Part shown: in pieces, positions 17,678 through 25,710 of the stretch | Layout: the number at the start of each line of letters is the position of its first letter | Numbering within the stretch: position 1 is the stretch's first letter | Made by a program: the position numbers and the translations under genes | Source of the DNA: a virus | Lineage: Duplodnaviria > Caudoviricetes | Length of the DNA stretch: 31,492 bases | Virus record (IMG/VR): IMGVR_UViG_3300035542_000071 | Coordinates: 1-31,492 of that record | Strand: one strand, 5' to 3' | Notes under the pieces: generated by a model | The model's input: the letters and a program-made list of their open reading frames with translations, nothing else | Told to the model about the DNA's origin: nothing | Database searches by the model: none

Positions 17678-17890
17678 TTAGTCTGAAATCATAAGCCCTG
17701 CTGCTTTAAGTTTGGTGAGAAGGACATTAAAATCCGTCACCAAATCTTCTACTGTGGCAGCAGTACTTGCAGCTTGATTATCGAGAACGGGGAGGCCAGT
17801 AACGACCGCCCCCTCCTTGATCTCAAGCGTTCCACCAATGACGGTTTTTTCACCGCCCTGTTCGGTAAAGTTCTTTGTGTTATAACTCAT
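17678..17890 (-). CDS. Head fiber/decoration protein
   Basis: YNTKNFTEQGGEKTVIGG...DLVTDFNVLLTKLKAAGLM, directly after the capsid gene. Confidence 0.75.
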   Translation of the reverse strand: MSYNTKNFTEQGGEKTVIGGTLEIKEGAVVTGLPVLDNQAASTAATVEDLVTDFNVLLTKLKAAGLMISD

Positions 17891-17902
17891 AGGACACCTC
17901 CA

Positions 17903-19111
17903 TTACGCTTTCTGCTGAAGCACTTTGATGGCTTCAGGAAGAATCAGCTTTCCATCCACACGCTGAGTGGCAACAAAACCTACCTGGCCAGTAGCCGCAT
18001 AGAGCTCATTAAGTCTCTTGAAGACTCTGCCTTGACGATCCGCTACCCAGTAGTAACCAAAGTCACCGAAGATAATGGACTTTGCAGATGCAGCGATGGT
18101 AGGAACGTAAGATGAAGTGTAAACAGGTCTATTCAAAATGGTATCTGGAGTTCCGGCCTGAAGTGAAGGCTGCCAGATATACTGACCCTGACCATCTTTT
18201 AGTTTTCTAATGGCCTTAATGGTAGCATCGTTCATAACGAACACGGACTTGTTTCTGTAAGGAGACTTTAGAGAGTAGAAAAGGTCCAAAACCTCATCAA
18301 TGGTAATAGCTGTAGCACTTGCAGCGGTTACACCGATTTGCGCTCCACCAGTGGCAGCAAGAATACCTGTAGGCTTACCAGAACCATCTCCTGTGAAGAA
18401 AGCATCTTCTTCCTTGTTACCAATACGTCTTGCAAACTCTCTAGCAATATAGTTTTCAAGATTAAACACGCTGTCATTAAGAAGCTCTTCAGACACCTTG
18501 ATCATGGTACCTAGCTTGTAAGCACCAATGGAAACCTGTCCAAAACTATCATCGCTTTCAGGAATGGCACCTTCTTCATCAATCCAAGAAGCAGTACCTT
18601 TGGAAGCTACCACAGGAATCTTACGGTCACCAGAAGAGGTGGAGATGACGTTGGCCAGCTTTCTGAAGATATTCTCTTCATCCAGGGCTTCAATAAGGGT
18701 ACGTTCGAACTCATCTGGTACAAGGTAACCACCTTCCGTGTCAGTGCCAATCTGTAGTGCGTTCTTAATCACTGGATCAAGCCCTTCACCAGAACGGGTT
18801 CTCATAGCATTCCAGAATGCTTTCTGGTATTCTGCGGAGGCTCTGCCGCCTTTGGATTCCATACCCTGGAAGATAGGTTTTCCGGTAAGTGGTGTGTTAA
18901 GTGGTTTTGAAAGCTCACGGTCGAGAGCCTCCTGCTTTTCAAGTCGGTCAATCTCCTTACCAAGGGCAACAACATCAGCTTCCATCTTTTCATAGGTTGC
19001 AGTGTCTTCAGCGGATACAATTCCATCTGTACCTCTTTTGGTATCCAGGAAGGCTTTAGCAGCTTCCCAGGACTTTGCTCTTTTTTCACGCAGTTCAAGA
19101 ATTTTATTCAT
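17903..19111 (-). CDS. Major capsid protein, HK97 family
   Basis: N-terminal coiled-coil delta domain, GGYLVPDEF, SEELLNDS, GDGSGKPTGI, LKDGQGQYIWQP, FGDF. Confidence 0.96.
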   Translation of the reverse strand: MNKILELREKRAKSWEAAKAFLDTKRGTDGIVSAEDTATYEKMEADVVALGKEIDRLEKQEALDRELSKPLNTPLTGKPIFQGMESKGGRASAEYQKAFWNAMRTRSGEGLDPVIKNALQIGTDTEGGYLVPDEFERTLIEALDEENIFRKLANVISTSSGDRKIPVVASKGTASWIDEEGAIPESDDSFGQVSIGAYKLGTMIKVSEELLNDSVFNLENYIAREFARRIGNKEEDAFFTGDGSGKPTGILAATGGAQIGVTAASATAITIDEVLDLFYSLKSPYRNKSVFVMNDATIKAIRKLKDGQGQYIWQPSLQAGTPDTILNRPVYTSSYVPTIAASAKSIIFGDFGYYWVADRQGRVFKRLNELYAATGQVGFVATQRVDGKLILPEAIKVLQQKA

Positions 19112-19130
19112 AGTGTTTTCCTCCTAATAT

Positions 19131-19826
19131 TTAGTGTTGAATCAAAGAAAGCCGCTTTTCCAGCGACTCAATGGGGGTGCCAGTATTCTCTTTTGCTAGT
19201 TTGGGTTTTACCTTATCCAGCAGGGAGTTGGTAACAGCTCTGCGGCTAAATGCATAGGTGAAATCCTCAGTCTGATTTCGTTTCTTCTCATCCAAGATGC
19301 CATCAGCAAATCCAAGCTCGATGGCCTTCTTTGCATTAAGCCAGGTTTCTGCATCCATAAGATGAGAGAGCTTTGTCCTTGATTGACCTGTCTTGATTTC
19401 ATACGCATTGATGATGCTCTCTTTAACTTCAGAAAGCATGGCGATGGCTTTTTTCATTTCCTCACTGTCACCAATGGCCACTGTAAGGGGGTTGTGCACC
19501 ATCATAAGGGCAGTTGGTGCCATGAGCACCGTTGTCCCCGCCATAGCGATGACAGAGGCGGCTGAAGCGGCAATGCCATCGATCTTTACAGTGACAGTGC
19601 CTTTGTAATCCATAAGCATGGCGTAAATCTGACTAGCAGCAATGCAATCACCTCCTGGAGAATTGAGCCAAATAACAATGTCACCCTCACCGGCAGTAAG
19701 CTCTGCTTTAAATGCCTTAGGGGTGACGTCATCATCAAACCATGAATCTTCGGCAATAACGCCGTCTAGATAAAGTGTTCGGACGCCAGTGTTTTCATCA
19801 CGCGCCCAGTTCCAAAACTTCTTCAT
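19131..19826 (-). CDS. ClpP-like prohead maturation protease
   Basis: LNSPGGD, AASAASVIAMAG, MMVHNP, ETWLNAKKAIELGFAD. Confidence 0.94.
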   Translation of the reverse strand: MKKFWNWARDENTGVRTLYLDGVIAEDSWFDDDVTPKAFKAELTAGEGDIVIWLNSPGGDCIAASQIYAMLMDYKGTVTVKIDGIAASAASVIAMAGTTVLMAPTALMMVHNPLTVAIGDSEEMKKAIAMLSEVKESIINAYEIKTGQSRTKLSHLMDAETWLNAKKAIELGFADGILDEKKRNQTEDFTYAFSRRAVTNSLLDKVKPKLAKENTGTPIESLEKRLSLIQH

Positions 19827-21079
19827 TTAGGTTCCTCCGTTTCTTTATTATTTGTGAACGCTCCTGCGTCCTGTAATTTTGTCATGGCCCCGTTGATGAG
19901 GAAGAGATCGCCTCCAAGTTCAGCAGGAATTCTATCCAGATTTTCTAGTTCTCTGATATCATTGGCGCTCATCCAACCGTTCTGCCTTGCAGTGGCATAA
20001 CCACTCATTCGGCTAACATAGTCACCACGTAATAGGCCATCCACATTAAACTTGATAAATACATTAGGTTTCTCACTCTCCATGAGAAGTGCTCTGCACA
20101 TGGACTGTTCCCAGCGGACCACCCAAGGGTCGAGGGTGTATTTTACAAACTCCAGTGATTGCTGCTCAATGTTGCTAAAGGATGACTTCTCAAGATCAGC
20201 CAGCATATGAGGTGGGACCCTAAAGATACGAGCGATCTCATTGATCTGAAACTTTCTGGTTTCAAGAAATTGTGCCTGTTCTGGTGATATCCCTATAGGC
20301 TGATACTTCATACCTTCCTCAAGGACAGCCACCCGGTGGGCATTGCCACTTCCTTGATAGGCAGCGTTCCAGGATTCTTTAATCTTCTGAGGGTCCTTGA
20401 TGGTACCGGGATGTTCTAGGACGCCACCCGGTGAAGCGCCGTTAGCAAAAAACTTAGCTCCGTATTCCTCCGTAGCAATTGCAAGGCCCACCGCATTTTT
20501 CGCCATGGCAATGGGTGAATAGCCTACCAGCCCATCAAAGCCAAGTCCTGGGATGTGAAGGACATCCGATGGTGATAGGTACACTTGATTTTCTCTGCCA
20601 AGAGTAGGGACATCTTCACTACCACGCTGATACAAATAGAAAAGCCTACCACTTGAATCACGGTCGACAGTCATTTTATTTGGCATCAGTGGATAGAGAG
20701 AAATCACTTCACCACGTGCATTTCGAATAATCTGAGCATAAGCATTTCCCCATAATAAAAGATGACTCATCAGCGTTTCTCTAAAGGCAAATGAAGTCAT
20801 CTCTGGGTTTGGTTCATCATGAAGTAATTTATATAGCGGATGTTTTAGGTTTTTCTCCTTGCCACCTGAATCATTGTATTTATAGACATGAAGCGGAAGG
20901 CCAGCCAACGTCTCAGATAAGATTCTTACGCAGCTATATACCGCTGTCATTTGCATGGCGGTTTGCTCATTAACTGGCTTACCAGCGCTGGTGCTTCCAA
21001 AAAAGAAGCTGTATCGGCTGCCACCAAGAGCATCTTTAGGTTTGTCTCGTGCCTTAAATATTCCTTGCAGTATTCCCAT
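19823..21079 (-). CDS. Portal protein, HK97 family
   Basis: AVYSCVRILSE, LLWGNAYA, VLHIPG, IARIFRVPPHML, NDIRELENL. Start moved to MGILQG. Confidence 0.95.
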   Translation of the reverse strand: MGILQGIFKARDKPKDALGGSRYSFFFGSTSAGKPVNEQTAMQMTAVYSCVRILSETLAGLPLHVYKYNDSGGKEKNLKHPLYKLLHDEPNPEMTSFAFRETLMSHLLLWGNAYAQIIRNARGEVISLYPLMPNKMTVDRDSSGRLFYLYQRGSEDVPTLGRENQVYLSPSDVLHIPGLGFDGLVGYSPIAMAKNAVGLAIATEEYGAKFFANGASPGGVLEHPGTIKDPQKIKESWNAAYQGSGNAHRVAVLEEGMKYQPIGISPEQAQFLETRKFQINEIARIFRVPPHMLADLEKSSFSNIEQQSLEFVKYTLDPWVVRWEQSMCRALLMESEKPNVFIKFNVDGLLRGDYVSRMSGYATARQNGWMSANDIRELENLDRIPAELGGDLFLINGAMTKLQDAGAFTNNKETEEPK

Positions 21080-21107
21080 GGACATGACCCTCCTTAAAAT
21101 GAGCATG

Positions 21108-21136
21108 AAAAAAGCACCTATCAAGAATAGATGCTT
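21108..21136 (-). terminator. Intrinsic terminator after the DUF2089 moron
   Basis: AAGCAUCUAU-UCUUG-AUAGGUGCUU followed by UUUU. Confidence 0.7.
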
Positions 21137-21246
21137 AATATAGATACTTTCGAATTCACATTAAGAGTAGTTCATATAAGATAAATTATGTGCATTAGTT
21201 ATAACAGTAAATTGAAATTAGCAGAGTTCACTACTAAAAACAGAAG

Positions 21247-21570
21247 TTAGTCCAAGTCTTGAATATTCATTTTATCAAGCTGTGAACGAAGTTTTATTTT
21301 TTCACGACAACCGAAATAAATCCCAAGTAAGACAATGGTTGGAATATTACTAATTAGAAAGGTTGAGGCAAGTAGCATGAATATCTCCCCACCTTTCATT
21401 GCCTCAAAAACAGCAATATTTGAAACCATCAATAAAGAATATATAAAGGTGATTGTCGGAAGTATAAGTCCAAACCACTTACTCCTCTTTTTAGATAGAA
21501 ATATTTGAAGAAAGATTCCTCCAACTAACAATGCCATCACAAGAAACAACATTATAGTCACGTTTTTCAT
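21247..21570 (-). CDS. Small 3-TM membrane protein (moron)
   Basis: Three hydrophobic helices, QIFLSK..SKWFGLILP and C-terminal LDKMNIQDL. AT-rich. Confidence 0.8.
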   Translation of the reverse strand: MKNVTIMLFLVMALLVGGIFLQIFLSKKRSKWFGLILPTITFIYSLLMVSNIAVFEAMKGGEIFMLLASTFLISNIPTIVLLGIYFGCREKIKLRSQLDKMNIQDLD

Positions 21571-21571
21571 A

Positions 21572-21871
21572 TTATTCAGCTCCTTTAACTTTTTTGTATT
21601 CAGAAATTAATAGTTTAGCAGTTTCAAAGTCTACCTTATCGTTTAAAGCTAATCGCTTGATTAAAGCGACGTAAGGTTCGTTCGCAGCATTTTCACTTAT
21701 TTGAATTTTTTGTATTAACTTATCAAGCCTAAGTCTTACAGTAGGATAAGTAACTTCATATTGATTAGCAATTTCCTTTAGTGAACCTGAAGCTAAAAGA
21801 AATTTTTTGATAAATGATACATCTTCATCATCAAGATTAATCATCCATTCGGGCACAACATCTATCGCCAT
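21572..21871 (-). CDS. DUF2089-like HTH protein (moron)
   Basis: LDDEDVSFIKKFLLASGSLKEIANQYEVTYPTVRLRLDKLI. ATG at 21871 after AGGAGG. Confidence 0.8.
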   Translation of the reverse strand: MAIDVVPEWMINLDDEDVSFIKKFLLASGSLKEIANQYEVTYPTVRLRLDKLIQKIQISENAANEPYVALIKRLALNDKVDFETAKLLISEYKKVKGAE

Positions 21872-21882
21872 ATTAAATCCTC

Positions 21883-21925
21883 CTTTAATAATGTTGATTA
21901 TAGGCTTTAATAATGTTAAAGTCAA
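21883..21925 (-). promoter_or_regulatory. Sigma-A promoter with 13-bp direct-repeat operator
   Basis: TTGACT (21925-21920)-17 nt-TATAAT (21902-21897). AACATTATTAAAG occurs at 21917-21905 and 21895-21883. Confidence 0.8.
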
Positions 21926-21992
21926 TAGTTAATTTGATGTTAAATAAAATAATGACATTTATGGCATTCATTCTATCATAGAGAAAATAACA

Positions 21993-23594
21993 TTAGAAGA
22001 TTAAAAGGCCTCGATCGTCATATACAGAATTACCGGTTTCTCCACCACAGCGAATGGCTCGGTCAAGGGCCATGATTGTAGCCACAGCACCGTCAATCTT
22101 TTCTGTTGATTTTTCTTTATCTGCTTTGATGTTTCCAGCAGGATCTGTTCGAATGAAGATATTGTCCATCATCCAGCGAAGAACTGGGTGGCCACCGTGA
22201 GCGATTTTCTGCTCTAGTGTGAGCTTCATCAGTTCCTTCGTTGGCGGAGACATGTCTTTGAAGCCCTGACCAAAAGGGACAACAGTGAATCCTAAATTCT
22301 CTAGATTCTGCGTCATCTGAACTGCACCCCAGCGGTCAAAGGCAATCTCGCGGATATTATATTTCAATCCAAGTTCCTCAATGAATGTTTCTATGAATCC
22401 GTAGTGGACCACGTTACCTTCAGTGGTCATTAGAAATCCTTGTTTTTCCCACACATCATAATTCACGTGATCCCGCCTAACCCTCAGGTCAATGCTGTCT
22501 TCTGGTATCCAGAAGTATGGTAGAACCACATATTTATCGTCTTCATCCTGGGGAGGGAACACAAGTACGAAGGCTGTAATATCAGTGGAAGAAGATAAGT
22601 CCAGCCCGCCATAACAGACGCGACCTTTTAGGCTTTCTGGTTTAACCGGAAAAGCACAGGCATCCCATTTATCCATAGGCATCCAGCGAATGGCCTGCTT
22701 CACCCATTGATTGAGTCGAAGCTGCCTGAAGCTATTTTCTTCCGCAGGGTTTTGTCTTGCTGACTCATAAGCCATTTTTACTTTATCCATGCTTACAGTG
22801 ATGCCGAGGGATGGATTTGCTTTCTTCCATATCTTTGGATCAGACCAGTCATCTTCTAGAGCTGCACCATAAATGACGGGGTAGAAGGTAGGGTCGTTCT
22901 TTCTTCCTGCCATGATATCCAGTGCCTTTTGATGAACCTCCCAGCAGATACTGTTTTGATTATCTCCAGCAGTGGTGATTAGAAAGTACAAGGGCTGCAT
23001 CCTGGCATCGCCACTACCTTTGGTCATAACATCAAATAGCTTTCGGTTTGGTTGAGTGTGGAGCTCATCGAAGACAACTCCATGGGTGTTGAAGCCGTGC
23101 TTGTTTCCAACATCGGCAGAAAGCACCTGATAAATGCTTCCGGTGGGTTGATAGATTAATCTTTTCTGTGAGTCCAGAATCTTAACTCGCTTTGATAAAG
23201 CTGGGCACATTCGCACCATATCTGCTGCCACGTTAAAAACGATGGAGGCTTGGTTACGATCTGCAGCACAGCCATAAACCTCAGCACGCTCTTCGTTATC
23301 TCCACAGGTTAAGAGCAGGGCAACAGCCGCCGCCAGCTCACTTTTCCCCATCTTCTTTGGTATTTCTACATAGGCAGTATTAAATTGGCGATAACCATTT
23401 GATTTAATGGTTCCAAATAAATCCCTGATGATTTGCTCTTGCCAATCTATCAGTTCAAAGGGCTTTCCTGCCCAGGTTCCTTTGGTATGGGAGAGGCATT
23501 CAATAAAACCTACTGCATAGTCCGCCATCTCCTTGCTGTAATGTGAATCCTTCGCCATGTATGATGTTGGTTTATACTTCTTTAGTTTTCGGAT
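21993..23594 (-). CDS. terL: Terminase large subunit (Terminase_1 type)
   Basis: Walker A IPKKMGKSE, Walker B VVFDELH, ITTAG, nuclease GGLDLSS and KIDGAVA. The start is probably ATC at 23594; the first ATG is at 23558. Confidence 0.95.
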   Translation of the reverse strand: MRKLKKYKPTSYMAKDSHYSKEMADYAVGFIECLSHTKGTWAGKPFELIDWQEQIIRDLFGTIKSNGYRQFNTAYVEIPKKMGKSELAAAVALLLTCGDNEERAEVYGCAADRNQASIVFNVAADMVRMCPALSKRVKILDSQKRLIYQPTGSIYQVLSADVGNKHGFNTHGVVFDELHTQPNRKLFDVMTKGSGDARMQPLYFLITTAGDNQNSICWEVHQKALDIMAGRKNDPTFYPVIYGAALEDDWSDPKIWKKANPSLGITVSMDKVKMAYESARQNPAEENSFRQLRLNQWVKQAIRWMPMDKWDACAFPVKPESLKGRVCYGGLDLSSSTDITAFVLVFPPQDEDDKYVVLPYFWIPEDSIDLRVRRDHVNYDVWEKQGFLMTTEGNVVHYGFIETFIEELGLKYNIREIAFDRWGAVQMTQNLENLGFTVVPFGQGFKDMSPPTKELMKLTLEQKIAHGGHPVLRWMMDNIFIRTDPAGNIKADKEKSTEKIDGAVATIMALDRAIRCGGETGNSVYDDRGLLIF

Positions 23595-23620
23595 ATGCGG
23601 ACACCTCCTTTAAAAGACAT

Positions 23621-23679
23621 AAAAAATAGACCATAAGGTCTTCTGTAACGAGGAAAAGAGCCATACAGCCCTGTTCCTT
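23621..23679 (-). terminator. Tandem hairpins/terminator upstream of terL
   Basis: AGGAACAGGGC...GCUCUUUUCCU stem, then AGACC-UUAU-GGUCU followed by AUUUUUU. Confidence 0.5.
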
Positions 23680-23698
23680 TATGCGTTTTATCTTGTTG

Positions 23699-23923
23699 TT
23701 AATTGTATTCCTTCATCAATATTTCAAGTGCAGCTTGCGCATTGGCGTCAATGGGTTCAATGTCCCAGCCTCTATCAAAGTTTGCAATGATCTGGCCATC
23801 TCGCTTTAGCATCAGTTTTGATATTCTACCCTCATCAATGCCGTAAGGGGAGCCTAAGTCAAAGCTTTTGATCCAGTAATGAATGGTTCTGTTTTCGACT
23901 TCGATTTTACCTTTTCTCCACAT
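23699..23923 (-). CDS. Conserved small phage protein (DUF7678-like)
   Basis: SPYGIDEGRISKL...NFDRGWDIEP motif, with GGAGG RBS. Confidence 0.7.
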   Translation of the reverse strand: MWRKGKIEVENRTIHYWIKSFDLGSPYGIDEGRISKLMLKRDGQIIANFDRGWDIEPIDANAQAALEILMKEYN

Positions 23924-23936
23924 GGTCTTAGCCTCC

Positions 23937-24293
23937 TTAAATTCTAACCAAGATTGCTGGTAGAATTCGCTTTTTGTTGGTCTGCCAGTCGGTGTAGCTT
24001 GTTTTAACCTTAGTCAGTCCGTCCATCCTGCAGCCGTGCTTTTCAAATTCGGCAAGGGTTGCGATCAGTCCTGAGAAGGTGCTTGAAATGGTAATGTGGT
24101 CAATTCCGTAGGCTCTGCAGGCTTTAACAATGGGTTCAATGTCGTAATCCCAAATGACCTCAGAAAAGTCGATGGTGTCGTTTCCTGCTTCCTTGCTTCT
24201 TTCGTAGGCCCAGTACATGGTGCTGTTGATTCCAGAGTCCTTAAAATTTGCGCCTGTTGCTTTCGCCTCTTCAAATGCTTTGATTTCTTTCAT
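23937..24293 (-). CDS. Conserved phage protein (DUF7698-like)
   Basis: IDFSEVIWDYDI...GIDHITISSTFSGL...GCRMDGL. ATG at 24293 with GGAGG RBS. Confidence 0.7.
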   Translation of the reverse strand: MKEIKAFEEAKATGANFKDSGINSTMYWAYERSKEAGNDTIDFSEVIWDYDIEPIVKACRAYGIDHITISSTFSGLIATLAEFEKHGCRMDGLTKVKTSYTDWQTNKKRILPAILVRI

Positions 24294-24331
24294 GTTCTCA
24301 TCCTCCATTTAGTGTGGTTTTGTTTTGGTAT

Positions 24332-24366
24332 TACATATATCACTCTAAACGAGAATAATAGCAAGT
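24332..24366 (-). promoter_or_regulatory. Motif A copy 2
   Basis: ACTTGCTATTA-TTCTCGT-TTAGAGTGATATATGTA. Confidence 0.75.
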
Positions 24367-24404
24367 CATTTCTGTAGTAATAGAGCAGGTTTCTGGCTTA
24401 GAGG

Positions 24405-24716
24405 CTAGTCTTCAATCCCACAGTAGCGTGGATAGTCATAGCCTTCCGGATTGGTGAGTATCTTTTCACCAGTGTCTTTGTTAATGACCCTAATACACCT
24501 AAGCTCACCTTTTTCGTTGGTCCCGCCATCTGACTTCTTGATCCAGGGCTGATCCTCTAGAAAATCACTGGTGAACTTCTTAAACTCTGAATCACTAAGC
24601 TCAACTTCTCGAATCACAGTGTAATCAGAACCAATGACGCCATCTTCTTTTGCATCTTCGGTTGCTTCCTTCAGTTCCTTAAGGTTGTAGAACTTTCGAC
24701 CAAATAGTGCCTTCAT
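24405..24716 (-). CDS. Hypothetical phage protein
   Basis: 103-aa ORF with GGAGG RBS. FTSDFLEDQPWI...EGYDYPRYCG. Confidence 0.7.
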   Translation of the reverse strand: MKALFGRKFYNLKELKEATEDAKEDGVIGSDYTVIREVELSDSEFKKFTSDFLEDQPWIKKSDGGTNEKGELRCIRVINKDTGEKILTNPEGYDYPRYCGIED

Positions 24717-24718
24717 CG

Positions 24719-24961
24719 CTATGCCTCCTCCCTGGGATTTTCATCGATTACCTTGCAGGAATCAATGCCGTAAACCACATTCAAGCTACTGCCGTTGTCC
24801 CACTGAATCATGATGGAGCCTGTGTCATCCACGCCCCACACGATGCCTTTTGTGCCCGTTGGCGGTGCTTGCACATCATCCATCCAAAGGAGCTGAACCC
24901 TGGAACCAGCGGGGTACTGCTTGCGTAGGCGCTCCAGTCTTTCTTTACTGATCGGTTTCAT
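24719..24961 (-). CDS. DUF4314 domain protein
   Basis: LRKQYPAGSRVQLLWMDDVQAPPTGTKG...VDDTGSIMIQWDNGSSL. ATG at 24961. Confidence 0.82.
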   Translation of the reverse strand: MKPISKERLERLRKQYPAGSRVQLLWMDDVQAPPTGTKGIVWGVDDTGSIMIQWDNGSSLNVVYGIDSCKVIDENPREEA

Positions 24962-25628
24962 TGGGAGCACCTCCTTTGAAAGCACTGCTGCCTGAAAGGT
25001 TTTGAAGGAGAATCTTTCTATGGTTTTTGAATTCCTCTCCAATAAATCCAAGGCGGAGAAGGAAGCATCGAAATGCGTATTTCTCATTATCGACTTCTTT
25101 CTCTTTTACGGTGATTCTCTTTTGGATTTTCGCCATCTCACAAAGCTTTGTAATGAACTGGGAGTAGGCTTTTATCTCGTCTGGATTTGGCAGTTTTGAA
25201 AACCAAGGGAAGCTAATGCGTTCCTCATCGGCTTTAATGGGAAGGGCATCTACATTCAAAGCTTTCTTAATGAGGTTGCCTTTTGCTTCTAGCAGTTTGG
25301 CTAGCTTCTCCAGGTCTTCATCGGAAAGGGAGTCTTTTGGTATCTGGATGATGAGTCCCGTTTCCTCGGTCTCCGCTTCAGCAGGAGCTGATTCCTCCAC
25401 CTCAGCTTCAAACCCTGCCTCTTGTAGCTTTTTCATCAGCGTCTTGATATCGTCCTGAGTCACTTCGGTGTCAAAGGTTAGCTCTCCGTCTTTTCCAATG
25501 TGGTAAGGTCCCACCTGGTAAGCGCAGGATGGAACACCCAGGTATTTTGAAGGGACCTCTGTGATTTCGCTGATGACCTTCACCAGCTTTTTACGTTCGT
25601 TACCAGTTACGTTGTAATTGATTTTCAT
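24945..25628 (-). CDS. Conserved phage protein (often annotated 'virulence-related protein'; C-terminus shared with phage amidoligases)
   Basis: ERKKLV...YLGVPSCAY, ISFPWF, NEKYAFRCFLLRLGFIGEEFK...LSGSSAFK. Confidence 0.75.
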   Translation of the reverse strand: MKINYNVTGNERKKLVKVISEITEVPSKYLGVPSCAYQVGPYHIGKDGELTFDTEVTQDDIKTLMKKLQEAGFEAEVEESAPAEAETEETGLIIQIPKDSLSDEDLEKLAKLLEAKGNLIKKALNVDALPIKADEERISFPWFSKLPNPDEIKAYSQFITKLCEMAKIQKRITVKEKEVDNEKYAFRCFLLRLGFIGEEFKNHRKILLQNLSGSSAFKGGAPNETDQ

Positions 25629-25656
25629 GGTATTGACCTCCTTGTTTTTTGCTTAC

Positions 25657-25691
25657 TACATATATCACTCTAAGTGATGTTAATAGCAAGT
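25657..25691 (-). promoter_or_regulatory. Motif A copy 3
   Basis: ACTTGCTATTA-ACATCAC-TTAGAGTGATATATGTA. Confidence 0.75.
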
Positions 25692-25710
25692 CTATCTTTC
25701 GATAGTTGTG

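Noticed and set aside
21137-21246. AT-rich spacer after the membrane-protein gene as an ncRNA or gene-cassette recombination site
   Set aside because: Only a weak resemblance to post-stop motifs of Firmicutes cassette arrays. There is no stable structure or second clear copy.
24945-25628. Virulence factor
   Set aside because: The label is a propagated annotation. Nothing in the sequence supports a role in virulence.
2720-25691. Motif A or B copies as att or recombination sites for the serine recombinases
   Set aside because: They lack dyad symmetry around a central dinucleotide and always sit just upstream of an RBS in the sense orientation, which fits promoters/operators better. This is not formally excluded.
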